Of a stretch of 64,000 bases of DNA, positions 1 to 8,665 are shown one piece after another (the stretch's first letter is position 1; the number at the start of each line of letters is the position of its first letter). The notes beneath the pieces are model-generated. The model was given only the letters and a program-made list of their open reading frames with translations. It did no database searches and had not been told where the DNA came from. The stretch covers positions 124,001-188,000 of the IMG/VR virus record IMGVR_UViG_3300031997_000001; one strand, written 5' to 3'. The position numbers were made by a program, and so were the translations under genes.

Positions 1-34
1 CAAGAGCGACATCATCACGATCAACGCCTACCTC

Positions 35-2548
35 GTGGCAGACGGCTCTCCTGCGGATGCGACGCTCTCCGCGGCGATTAACGGCCTGGAAGGGAGTCCT
101 GACGCGCTCAACGAGCCCGTTTGCATGCGCGTGGGCGGAAGCATCGTCCCGCACAGCCTGCAGGTCCAGCTGGCCGGGGAGACGCTTCTGGGACACGCGT
201 CGGTGACGATCGACGCAAAGACGGGCCAGCCCCTTTCCGAGAATAAGGACAAGGGACTTCCTACGATCGGCAAGCGGAGCATCGGATACGATCCGCGGAC
301 GAACGTCATGATCGTCGGCTTTGACGGGTCGGTCGACTTCTCCGGCGGCGAGAAGATGTACGTCTTCGCCTCGTACGAGAGAGTCGCCCTTACGTTCAAT
401 CCGCCGTCTCTTCAGTGGCGCCAGTCCAACAGGTTCGATGTGGACTTCACGTCCAAGGTCGACCAGAACGTCGATCCCAAGGTCCTGGACTATCTGATTA
501 ACTTCCTGTTCAAGCTCAAGGCCTTCCACTCGCTCCTTAGGAAGATCATTTTCCCTGTCAACCTGACGGAAGTCTACGACGTTACCGACTTCACGGCCGG
601 CGGGGCTAACAGGCAGAAACCGGGGACTGACGCCGGCGACCTCCAGGTCCCGCCACCCATCATCCCAACGGGGACGTATGGAAGCAACATCCCGTGCGCC
701 GACACCAACCTCAACTACAAGCAGAGCGACCTCGATCTCAGGAAGGCGATTCTCGACGGGCTCGAGGAAGAACATGCGGCGTGGAAGGCTTTCGATTCGC
801 GTTCGATTCCTCCCAGCCTGAAGCCGATCATCGACAGCCTGACCCGGGTGCCTTATTATGAGCCGACCCGGGCTGAATGCAAGTATAACCCCTACGGTCA
901 GGACAGGGTAGTCACTGATAAGACAGTGGACCTGGATCATCAGCCTGACAACCGGGCGAGCGTGTGCGACCTGGCCCAGAAACCGGTACCGGACTATTCT
1001 TACGTCGGTCGCGTCAAGGCGTTCGTCGACGCCGAAGACGTCCTGGACCTTACGGAGCTCGTGAGGTGCCGGCCCTGCAGGCTCATGGGCGGCAAGGGCA
1101 TCTACATCATCACGCCCAATCCCTGGCAGGTGGACTGGGGAAACACCCTCAGGCAGCGCGGCCAGCAAGGTAGCCGATACTTGGGCAATCTCTATAGGGC
1201 GTACAACGCGCCGAGTGAGCTAATCCACTACACTCACAGCCCGTTCAACCATCTGGACGACTTCAAGAAGCTGTCCTATCTCGCCATCCAGCGGCCGTCG
1301 CTGGACATCGACAAGGACAACTGGTTCATGCCGGGGCACAGGCACCCGTACGCCTACGCCCTCGAGCACGACTTCACGCACCCCGACTATACGGCCAGGC
1401 CGTGGGACGATGCTTATTCGCTGATCACCTGCCAGGAAAACAAGTTAGACCAGAATTTGCTCAATGCCAGGATCGAGATCATCCACGGCGAAGAATTCCT
1501 CGTCTTCGATTCCGTTCAACTGGGATACCAGGGGAACGGTTTGGTCCCGGACATTTCATCCTACGGTGACCAGGAGGCAAGACCCTTCAAGATCACGCAC
1601 TCAATCTATGTCGAACAGGAAACCAGGCCCTGGGTCTCGTTCACTGGGGTGACTGAGACGACCGTCGCCTGCATCAAGCCGACGGATTCCATGTGGGTGG
1701 CCGGCCTCTTCAAGTCGGCCACGGGCGTAGGCGACTACATCGGTGGCTATCCGGCGGACCAGTCCGTCATGAGCATCGAGACGTCAGCCGGATCAGGCCC
1801 GTTCACGATCCGGTTCACGTACGGATCGGGCATCCTGCTGGATCCGTCCGATCCGGAGTATCGATACCAGGAAGGATTCCGGTACGACTGCGACTGCAAT
1901 CAGTTTGACGAGTCTTGCGGGTCTGGATCCAGCGGATCTGGATCCGGCTCGGCCATAAACGCAAGGCTCGGCTGCCTGCTAGAGAAATACAGGCTGCCGA
2001 ACGGCGGATTCGACTTCAACTGCGACCAGATCACGGTAGACCAGACGCTAGTACTGAACGAGAAGGTCGGCACCTGCTCGACTCTCTACGATGGGACGAT
2101 CCAGACCAGCTTCTGCATGCTAGGCAATCCAGCCGTGCAAGATGGAAAGTATCCGCCTTTCGGGACCTACAGGTACAGGGACGACTATGGCGTCATCTAC
2201 GACGGGATGTTCGAATATTATGACGACGTCATTGACATAACGACAGCCATCTTCTCACCGCGCGTACCAGGGCAGGCGGATCAGGGCTACCTGACAAAGG
2301 ACGAGCAAGGCCGGATCCTCTATATGAAGCGCGGCGTGCTGGTGGTGACCCGGCAGGTCATCGCGCTGATCCCTGGCGGCTACCGGATCGTCGCAGAGGG
2401 CACCACTACGGAGATTAAGTTCGAACGGATCAATGACATCTGCGGTGAGACGCCCTGCGTCGACAACTTCTGTTACCACTTCGACTGCCAGGTCGTCGAC
2501 GACCTGGAGATCCTGGTGAACGGAAGCGGCGGGTCCACTTACAGCTAG
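35..2548 (+). CDS. Large putative virion structural protein (5' end probably outside window)
   Basis: 837-aa ORF, frame open from window edge; beta-rich, Cys/Gly-Ser-linker composition; ends TAG TAG. Confidence 0.6.
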   Translation: MADGSPADATLSAAINGLEGSPDALNEPVCMRVGGSIVPHSLQVQLAGETLLGHASVTIDAKTGQPLSENKDKGLPTIGKRSIGYDPRTNVMIVGFDGSVDFSGGEKMYVFASYERVALTFNPPSLQWRQSNRFDVDFTSKVDQNVDPKVLDYLINFLFKLKAFHSLLRKIIFPVNLTEVYDVTDFTAGGANRQKPGTDAGDLQVPPPIIPTGTYGSNIPCADTNLNYKQSDLDLRKAILDGLEEEHAAWKAFDSRSIPPSLKPIIDSLTRVPYYEPTRAECKYNPYGQDRVVTDKTVDLDHQPDNRASVCDLAQKPVPDYSYVGRVKAFVDAEDVLDLTELVRCRPCRLMGGKGIYIITPNPWQVDWGNTLRQRGQQGSRYLGNLYRAYNAPSELIHYTHSPFNHLDDFKKLSYLAIQRPSLDIDKDNWFMPGHRHPYAYALEHDFTHPDYTARPWDDAYSLITCQENKLDQNLLNARIEIIHGEEFLVFDSVQLGYQGNGLVPDISSYGDQEARPFKITHSIYVEQETRPWVSFTGVTETTVACIKPTDSMWVAGLFKSATGVGDYIGGYPADQSVMSIETSAGSGPFTIRFTYGSGILLDPSDPEYRYQEGFRYDCDCNQFDESCGSGSSGSGSGSAINARLGCLLEKYRLPNGGFDFNCDQITVDQTLVLNEKVGTCSTLYDGTIQTSFCMLGNPAVQDGKYPPFGTYRYRDDYGVIYDGMFEYYDDVIDITTAIFSPRVPGQADQGYLTKDEQGRILYMKRGVLVVTRQVIALIPGGYRIVAEGTTTEIKFERINDICGETPCVDNFCYHFDCQVVDDLEILVNGSGGSTYS

Positions 2549-2563
2549 TAGAAGGGGAATCAT

Positions 2564-2872
2564 ATGTCGTTGGAAACTGAACTGGCAACGCTTACCGAAG
2601 CGTCCAGGAATCTTGCGTCGACAGTTAACTCCGTCGCAGCGTCGACGCGTGCCGATCACGATGAGCTTGTGACCTATAAAGAGAGGTTCAACACCCTTGA
2701 AAACAAAGTTAAAGAAATAGTCCGGCATCATGAAGACGAACAGACTGCTAAATCGCAACGTCGCCTTGATGCCGTAAGGGAAAAGCGCTCCGCATCGTTG
2801 CAAATAAACTTAGCCGCCGTTGGTATCATCGTTTCCATTGTATTAGCTCTTTTGGCCTTGTTTTGGAAGTGA
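2564..2872 (+). CDS. Coiled-coil protein with C-terminal TM helix (holin/XhlA-like)
   Basis: SD AGGGG; heptad N-terminus; LAAVGIIVSIVLALLALFWK tail. Confidence 0.6.
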   Translation: MSLETELATLTEASRNLASTVNSVAASTRADHDELVTYKERFNTLENKVKEIVRHHEDEQTAKSQRRLDAVREKRSASLQINLAAVGIIVSIVLALLALFWK

Positions 2873-2879
2873 GTTCACC

Positions 2880-3338
2880 ATGTGCCAGGTCCTCATTCTC
2901 TCGCAGGACATTGACTTCAGCTCTACAGCCTTCTCGAGGCTGAGAGGAGCTGGCCACACCGTGAAGATCGTAGGCGCCGACCTGGATGTCCTGTTCGAAC
3001 TAGGTGCCCTGGACTCGCCTTTCGAATGCGTCATCATCGACGAGAAGGCAGGCGGACTAAAGGTAGTGCAGAGCATCCGGAGCCACGATAGTACGACAGG
3101 GATCATAATTGCATCGGAAGACGACTCTGAAGCTGCTGCAAAGCCGTACGCCGGCCTGGACGTCTGGAGCGTCGTCCATCGTAAGGAGTACGGCCTTCTG
3201 GTCGAGAAGGTTCAAAAGGCCTGCTCCATGGCGTCCATGAGCGCCACGCACTTCTTTAAGGTCAAGACGGCGGTCTCTGAAGCGGCGAAGTCTATCATGG
3301 ATGCGCAGGCCAAATTCTGCCAACACCACGCCACATGA
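2880..3338 (+). CDS. Response-regulator receiver-like protein
   Basis: VLILSQD...FECVIIDE..GGLKVVQSIR...IIIAS CheY-like pattern. Confidence 0.55.
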   Translation: MCQVLILSQDIDFSSTAFSRLRGAGHTVKIVGADLDVLFELGALDSPFECVIIDEKAGGLKVVQSIRSHDSTTGIIIASEDDSEAAAKPYAGLDVWSVVHRKEYGLLVEKVQKACSMASMSATHFFKVKTAVSEAAKSIMDAQAKFCQHHAT

Positions 3339-3577
3339 GCTATCCGATTTACGAACTGATGATCCGCCGCGGTCGGGAAGTGGGCGTATTCGGCGTCGGG
3401 CTGGTGCCGATGCAGAATGCGGACCCAGATCCCCAGACGTTTAGGCATCAATACTATTACAACACGCGCGAGAACATCCTCTACAAGAAGACGCAAGGTA
3501 ACGGAGGCGTTCCGTTCTGGAAGCGAACTTCGACTCCGGCATGCGCTCCGCCAGCCAGGTCCATTCCGCCGAGGTAA
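3335..3577 (+). CDS. Hypothetical protein
   Basis: ATGA overlap with upstream gene. Confidence 0.6.
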   Translation: MSYPIYELMIRRGREVGVFGVGLVPMQNADPDPQTFRHQYYYNTRENILYKKTQGNGGVPFWKRTSTPACAPPARSIPPR

Positions 3578-3579
3578 CC

Positions 3580-3813
3580 GTGCCCAGCGTATTCGTGTAC
3601 TGCCGCGGAGACATAAAAGAGTTCCAGTGGCCAGCGAGCAAGACAATTGGCGAAGCAGCTGTGGAGGCATCGAAAGCGTTTGATTATGCGCGTCCGCCGG
3701 ACATTCCACATTTTCAAGATCTCGAAGATCTCGTCCTCCAGCAATCCGATACCTTTACAAAGCTAGGGACCAGGGATGGGGATAGCTTCTTGCTCATAGC
3801 ACTTTTCTCATAG
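3580..3813 (+). CDS. Ubiquitin-like (beta-grasp) protein
   Basis: GTG after GAGGT; KTIGE...LVLQQSDTFTKLGTRDGDSFLLI resembles the Ubl TLxxxGIxDGxxLxL pattern; no terminal GG. Confidence 0.5.
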   Translation: MPSVFVYCRGDIKEFQWPASKTIGEAAVEASKAFDYARPPDIPHFQDLEDLVLQQSDTFTKLGTRDGDSFLLIALFS

Positions 3814-3837
3814 CAATTGGCGGCAGTATCTAAATAC

Positions 3838-3866
3838 TTGACAAACCGGATACCCTGTGGTATAAT
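3838..3866 (+). promoter_or_regulatory. Consensus sigma70 promoter with extended -10
   Basis: TTGACA(3838-43)-17 nt-TATAAT(3861-66), TGG before -10. Confidence 0.9.
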
Positions 3867-3892
3867 TGCGTGTGAAAGGAGGGAAAGAGGGA

Positions 3893-4092
3893 GTAGGGAA
3901 ATGCCGGTCCTGACGATTCCTCACAGACGTGTCCCGTATGTGAGGGGAGAAAAGCGAAGATTAAGTATCTGCACGTTCAGTGCAGTAGTTCCGGCGGGTG
4001 TCCGGCAAGTAGCCCGTGCAAGCGGGAACTCTCAGCGTGAGAGAACACCACTCCGTCGTCGTCTGTCATCGTCAGGATCGACATCTCCCTAC
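3893..4092 (+). ncRNA. Putative structured RNA / 5' leader (~200 nt)
   Basis: 25-bp closing stem 3893-3917/4068-4092 enclosing several hairpins including a GCAA tetraloop; directly downstream of promoter. Confidence 0.6.
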
Positions 4093-4140
4093 ACGCCGTC
4101 CAAAGCAGGCAAGCGTTCAACCACCAGAAGGGAGGGGCGT

Positions 4141-4539
4141 ATGACCTAGGTTGCCACCCATTTCTACGTCATCGTCCGGACCGACATCTCACTCCCTCAG
4201 CAGATCGTCCAGGCTGTCCACGCCGCCCATGACGCAGGCCGTGTAGTATCCTCTGATGGACGCTTTTCCACCGTCGTCTGCCAGGTCCCTTCCGAACAAC
4301 ACCTGCTCCACGAGTACGATCGTATCACCTCCAGGGGTATTCGGTGCTTCCTGTTCAGGGAGCCAGACATGGGCGGTCAGGCAACGGCCCTGGCTACCGA
4401 ACCCACCGCCAATAGGAAGTTCTTTTCCCGGTTTCACCTTTGGAAAGGAGACAACCATGTTGTAGGCAAGAGGACCGCCGTTGCTTGTCCCGACAACTTG
4501 TCCGTTTCCACGTCCTCAGTTATTGGAGACAAGCAATGA
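4141..4539 (+). CDS. pth2: Peptidyl-tRNA hydrolase, Pth2 family, with in-frame TAG at codon 3
   Basis: SD GGAGGGG, ATG ACC TAG, then 129 open codons: FYVIVRTDISLPQQIVQAVHAA...CFLFREPDMGGQATALAT; absent from ORF track. Confidence 0.8.
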
Positions 4540-4817
4540 TTCTCACCACCGAGCAGTGGGATGCCGTCCAGGCGATGAAGGCGGAGATCAAGGGCCTGGC
4601 CGAGACCCAGAAGAAGGAGAAGGCCATCCTGCGGACCCCGCATTTGAACATCCGCGTGCCTGATGGAAAGGGTGGCTTTTACGGTCCCTGGCACTTCCAG
4701 TGGGAGACCCACAAGAGGGCCAGGCTGATCACGGAGCACCTGATTGAGTACAATAAGGCACGCGGGAAGGACTTCTCCATGTACCTGGGGAAGCAGAAGG
4801 CGGAGGCAAATGGTTGA
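4536..4817 (+). CDS. Hypothetical protein
   Basis: SD GGAG; ATGA overlap with pth2 stop; MILTTEQWDAVQAMKAEIKGLA. Confidence 0.75.
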   Translation: MILTTEQWDAVQAMKAEIKGLAETQKKEKAILRTPHLNIRVPDGKGGFYGPWHFQWETHKRARLITEHLIEYNKARGKDFSMYLGKQKAEANG

Positions 4818-4843
4818 CCCCGATAGTACCTCCGTAGTATAAT
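4814..4843 (+). promoter_or_regulatory. sigma70-like promoter for tRNA
   Basis: TTGACC-18 nt-TATAAT. Confidence 0.75.
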
Positions 4844-4849
4844 GTGGTT

Positions 4850-4870
4850 GCGGGACCGGCGTCCCGCTTT
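4850..4870 (+). terminator. GC hairpin + TTT immediately 5' of tRNA
   Basis: GCGGGAC-CGGC-GTCCCGC-TTT. Confidence 0.45.
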
Positions 4871-4944
4871 GCACCCATAGCACAATGGTAGTGCTGCGAA
4901 CTCTAAATTCGCGAATGAGGGTTCAATTCCCTCTGGGTGCACCA
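4871..4944 (+). tRNA. Amber suppressor tRNA (anticodon CUA)
   Basis: Cloverleaf GCACCCA/TGGGTGC, D GCAC/GTGC, anticodon arm GCGAA-CT CTA AA-TTCGC, T arm GAGGG-TTCAATT-CCCTC, encoded ACCA. Confidence 0.95.
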
Positions 4945-4968
4945 CTTTGAGGATACCTTGGAGGCCCG

Positions 4969-6891
4969 ATGTCTGATCTGATCCCGAAGGACAAAAAGCA
5001 AGCGGAACAACTGCCCCCGGACGGGCCGCTGATCGAACTTGGCCAGTGGTATTGGATCGATGACAATGACGACAAGGGAATCCTGCGCAAGAAGAGCTTC
5101 TTCGCTTGCGTGACCAAGATCGGGTCCAACTTCATCGAATGTCATAATCCCTTTGGTTCGTATACCCGCATCCATCTGGACAAGCTTTTGGATGAGTGTA
5201 GGTTGGAGCCTGAGCCCGAGAAGATCATCCGCGAACAGATGATGAAGTACCGAAGGGAAGTCCAGGAGAAGCTCGGCGAGATCAAGAACATCATGGCCAG
5301 GCTCGGACTTACGGAACTCCCCAAGCTCGGACACAATGCCCAGCCCCAGGAAACGAGCAAGGCTCTCTCCGTCATCGCGGCCTCAGAGGACGTGAACCAG
5401 TACAAGAAGAAGCTTATCGAGGCCAAGGAGAAGGATCTCCCCGCGCTGTTCGAGGAAGTGAAGGAGGCCAACGAGAAACTGGCCACTTGGATGCAGGCCC
5501 AGGCGCTTCCCATGGAGGCGGCGTCCGAAGAGCTGGAAGAGCGCCTGGGCCAGATCGACGACCGCATCTTCAACGTCTCGCTCTATGCCGGACTGACCGA
5601 GGACGTCAAGCAGGTCTCGGACGGGAAGCCGGCAGACAGCACGGATAGGCTTCACATCCTCCAGCGCCTCCTCTACATGGACGAGGAGTGCCTGCTGGAT
5701 TACAAGCACGGCGGCATGGAATTCAGCAATATCAAGAAATTCGATGCCTGGCTGGCCAAGCCCGGCAACCGCGACCGTGTCCTACCGTTCCCCAGGTCCA
5801 TCGTCGCCTTCCGCGTGCGCCGCGACGAGAAGGAACGCGATTATGATGGAAGCCTTGCCCAGGCCATGATCATCTTCGATCTGAAGGAGCTTGACAAGCT
5901 GACGTTCCTTTACATCCGGAATGGCGAGCGGCTCTACCGGATGAACTGCGACCTGGAATTCGGCAATCTGATCTTCCCCGGCCAGCACGAGCTCAATCTT
6001 TCCGAGCCCATGATGGCGAAGATGTTTTGCAGCCGGGTCAATGAAATCATCCCCAAGAGGGAGTTCGAAGACCTCGTCGTGAGGGAAAAGGAAAGGGTCG
6101 TCAAGGAGAAGGAGTGGAGGAAAGTAAATCCTGGTAAGAGCTGGATAGAGAATCCGTTTCACGAGTGGAGCGATAAGACCAGAGACTTTGAGCCCTTTGA
6201 CAAGACGAGCGTCTATTTCGATGAGATGAGCGCGGAGGTAGCCAAACGGATCAAGCAGTACAACCGGATCGCCGTCATCGTCCAGGGCCTGTTCGACCGT
6301 TCTGAGGTCCTGCATCCGCACCCGCCCGTCCAGCTATGGTCGCCGGGTGGCTTCGCTGCTGCCGTCGAGCTCGTTTATGACGGATCCAACACCCTGCATT
6401 ATGGAGACGCTCCGGACTTCGAGGCCTATCGTCTCGAGTGCAATAAGACCTTAAAGGAAGGCTCGATCGTCGTCGGCCAGCATGGCTATTGGCTGAATAA
6501 GGAAGTGGAGAGGGAACAGAATAGGCAGGAGAATAACTGGCGGTATAAGAACCCGCACGTGTCCGCGGCGTGGTATAAGCCCCCGGGGAATCCGGGTCCT
6601 GGCTATGTGGCTAAGGTGGCTTACTGGTTCCCCAAGAAGCGTCTCGCCGTGTTCAGGTGGATGCGCGAGCGGCAGGCGTTTGGGCGATATAATGATGGCG
6701 AGCTGATCCCCACTTCTGTTGCGGTGCCGGACACTCACCTGTTCAATGTGAGCGCCTATAAGCCCGGAGACTATAAGCAGTTCTTCATCGATCCGAGGAC
6801 ACGCGCTCAATACCTGAAATGGGCACGCATGCTGCTGGCTGCTGAGGATTACTTCTCAGGGCACATTAAAGTCGGGGAAGCTCCAGAATGA
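4969..6891 (+). CDS. Large hypothetical phage protein with N-terminal coiled coil
   Basis: 640 aa, SD GGAGG. Confidence 0.8.
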   Translation: MSDLIPKDKKQAEQLPPDGPLIELGQWYWIDDNDDKGILRKKSFFACVTKIGSNFIECHNPFGSYTRIHLDKLLDECRLEPEPEKIIREQMMKYRREVQEKLGEIKNIMARLGLTELPKLGHNAQPQETSKALSVIAASEDVNQYKKKLIEAKEKDLPALFEEVKEANEKLATWMQAQALPMEAASEELEERLGQIDDRIFNVSLYAGLTEDVKQVSDGKPADSTDRLHILQRLLYMDEECLLDYKHGGMEFSNIKKFDAWLAKPGNRDRVLPFPRSIVAFRVRRDEKERDYDGSLAQAMIIFDLKELDKLTFLYIRNGERLYRMNCDLEFGNLIFPGQHELNLSEPMMAKMFCSRVNEIIPKREFEDLVVREKERVVKEKEWRKVNPGKSWIENPFHEWSDKTRDFEPFDKTSVYFDEMSAEVAKRIKQYNRIAVIVQGLFDRSEVLHPHPPVQLWSPGGFAAAVELVYDGSNTLHYGDAPDFEAYRLECNKTLKEGSIVVGQHGYWLNKEVEREQNRQENNWRYKNPHVSAAWYKPPGNPGPGYVAKVAYWFPKKRLAVFRWMRERQAFGRYNDGELIPTSVAVPDTHLFNVSAYKPGDYKQFFIDPRTRAQYLKWARMLLAAEDYFSGHIKVGEAPE

Positions 6892-7586
6892 ATACAAGAC
6901 TCCCGCCGAACGACAAGTTCCCGCGGATCCGCCACTTACCATGGAGCCCCGGCGTCTCGAAGGACGACCTGGTCGGGGATTCGTTCTTCTTCCTCGACTC
7001 CCCAATAGCCTGTACCATCAGTGAGAAGATGGACGGCAGTAACGTAGCGCTCACGCGTGATGCCGTCTTCGCACGGACACACGCCCATCCGCCGACTCAT
7101 TCGTCTTTCAATGCACTCAAGGCGCTCCATGTCTCCATCAGACACTGCATACCAGAGGGGTTCACCGTCTTTGCCGAATGGTGTTGGGCGGTGCATTCCC
7201 TGGTCTACAAGAAGCTGCCCAATCCGCCTCTCTTTCTGATAGGCGTACGATCAGAGGTGGCGTCCTGGTCGAGCCAGCTCGAGCCCGGCACCTGGTTGGA
7301 TGTGCCTCGCTGCAAAGAAGTTGCTGAGCAGATCGGCATTCCGATGGTGCCTATTATCTGGCAGGGCCAGCTTCTCGCGCCGCGCGACACGATGGACGGA
7401 CTTCAGAACACGCTCAATTATCCGCCAGCTTATGGGCCGGAGCGCGAGGGATTCGTCATTCGGTACAGCGGGACCATACGGGATGCCGACTGGGACAAGC
7501 TCGTCGCCAAGTGGGTCCGTGCAGGTCACGTCACCACGGACGAACATTGGACAGTCAATGCAGTCAAGAGGCAGAGGACAGCATGA
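6888..7586 (+). CDS. ATP-dependent RNA ligase family protein
   Basis: Motifs SEKMDGSN, FAEW, REGFVIR, AKWVRAGH. Confidence 0.8.
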   Translation: MNTRLPPNDKFPRIRHLPWSPGVSKDDLVGDSFFFLDSPIACTISEKMDGSNVALTRDAVFARTHAHPPTHSSFNALKALHVSIRHCIPEGFTVFAEWCWAVHSLVYKKLPNPPLFLIGVRSEVASWSSQLEPGTWLDVPRCKEVAEQIGIPMVPIIWQGQLLAPRDTMDGLQNTLNYPPAYGPEREGFVIRYSGTIRDADWDKLVAKWVRAGHVTTDEHWTVNAVKRQRTA

Positions 7587-7882
7587 AGCCCTGCTCCCTT
7601 TGCGGTCGCCCCGCACCCACCACGCGACACCACGTCGTACCGAAATGCCGCAGGCGGAACAAGATGCCTGCGGAAGCCAAGGAGAACATCGGCACCACGA
7701 AGAACTTCTGCCGCGACTGTCATAGGGCGGTCCATGTCATCTTCACGGAGAAGGAACTTGCCGCCCAGTATTTCACGGTAGATAGACTAATGGCTGATCC
7801 GCGGGTCCAGAAGTTCGTCGCCTGGATCAGGAAGAAGCCGCCGACGACGTTCTTCGGCTCCACTTATCAGAGGCCAAGATGA
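7583..7882 (+). CDS. Small HNH endonuclease-like protein
   Basis: CSLC..TRHHVVP..CRDCHRAVH; SD GAGGA. Confidence 0.75.
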   Translation: MKPCSLCGRPAPTTRHHVVPKCRRRNKMPAEAKENIGTTKNFCRDCHRAVHVIFTEKELAAQYFTVDRLMADPRVQKFVAWIRKKPPTTFFGSTYQRPR

Positions 7883-8148
7883 GTTATACGAAACGCATGA
7901 AGATCGATTTTAGGCTGGAGGTCTTTCTTACGAGGGCGACCAAGATAGACCAACAAGACAAGGAGGAGCTCAAGGATCTTCCGCCTGAGATTTGGAAGGC
8001 CGAGTGCCCCAAATTGGACAAGACTGGTTACGGCAGAACTGAGAACCTCGCGATTGACAGCTTGAAGCTGGCTATCGCGGACGTGTTTCCTAATCCATCG
8101 TTGGAACGCGGCGGCGGCGGCAGAGGCGACAAACTCATAAAGGGATAA
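7879..8148 (+). CDS. Hypothetical protein
   Basis: Coupled ORF in operon. Confidence 0.55.
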   Translation: MSYTKRMKIDFRLEVFLTRATKIDQQDKEELKDLPPEIWKAECPKLDKTGYGRTENLAIDSLKLAIADVFPNPSLERGGGGRGDKLIKG

Positions 8149-8149
8149 C

Positions 8150-8665
8150 ATGAAGATTATTACGTCGCTCGAGGAATACTTCAAGATTATCAAGACCTTG
8201 GCCCGCCCGAAGGCCGAGATCCGCATCGCCACCTACAACCTCTGGGCGGGCGTACTTCAGGACGGGCGGTTCACGAATGACTGGGGCAAGAAGGACTGGC
8301 ACAGCAGCGTGGGTGAGCTTTTCGATTATCTCCACGGTCTCGATGTCAAGGTCGAGATCAAGATTGGCAAGCCTCTTTTTGGCAAATGCAAGCTCCAGGA
8401 TAACGTAGAATGTTGCATGCACAAGAAGGAGGAGAAGTGGGATGATCGGCTGGACCAGATGGACAAGCGCTGGCCCAAGTTCACGTTTCAGATCCTAGGC
8501 ATCTCGCACGCGAAGCTCATCTTGTTCAAGCTCGAGGACGGAAAGCACTTCAGCATCTACGGCGGGCGCAACCTGTCGGATGCGCCGCTGATGGACTTGA
8601 GCTTCGTGGATGCCGACCCAAAGATATATCAGAAGTTGCTCAAGGTCTACGAGACGCTTCAATAG
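8150..8665 (+). CDS. Phospholipase D/nuclease-like protein (single degenerate HKD)
   Basis: IATYNL...SHAKLILF...GGRNLS. Confidence 0.6.
   Translation: MKIITSLEEYFKIIKTLARPKAEIRIATYNLWAGVLQDGRFTNDWGKKDWHSSVGELFDYLHGLDVKVEIKIGKPLFGKCKLQDNVECCMHKKEEKWDDRLDQMDKRWPKFTFQILGISHAKLILFKLEDGKHFSIYGGRNLSDAPLMDLSFVDADPKIYQKLLKVYETLQ

Noticed and set aside
3893-4092. tmRNA, RNase P, SRP or 6S RNA
   Set aside because: No tRNA-like ends or tag frame, no GAGGAAAGUCC, no SRP GGAA domain, and it is multibranched rather than a rod with a central bubble.
4871-4944. tRNA-Pyl
   Set aside because: Canonical 5-bp anticodon stem, D-loop GG and TTC T-loop; no pyl genes in the window.
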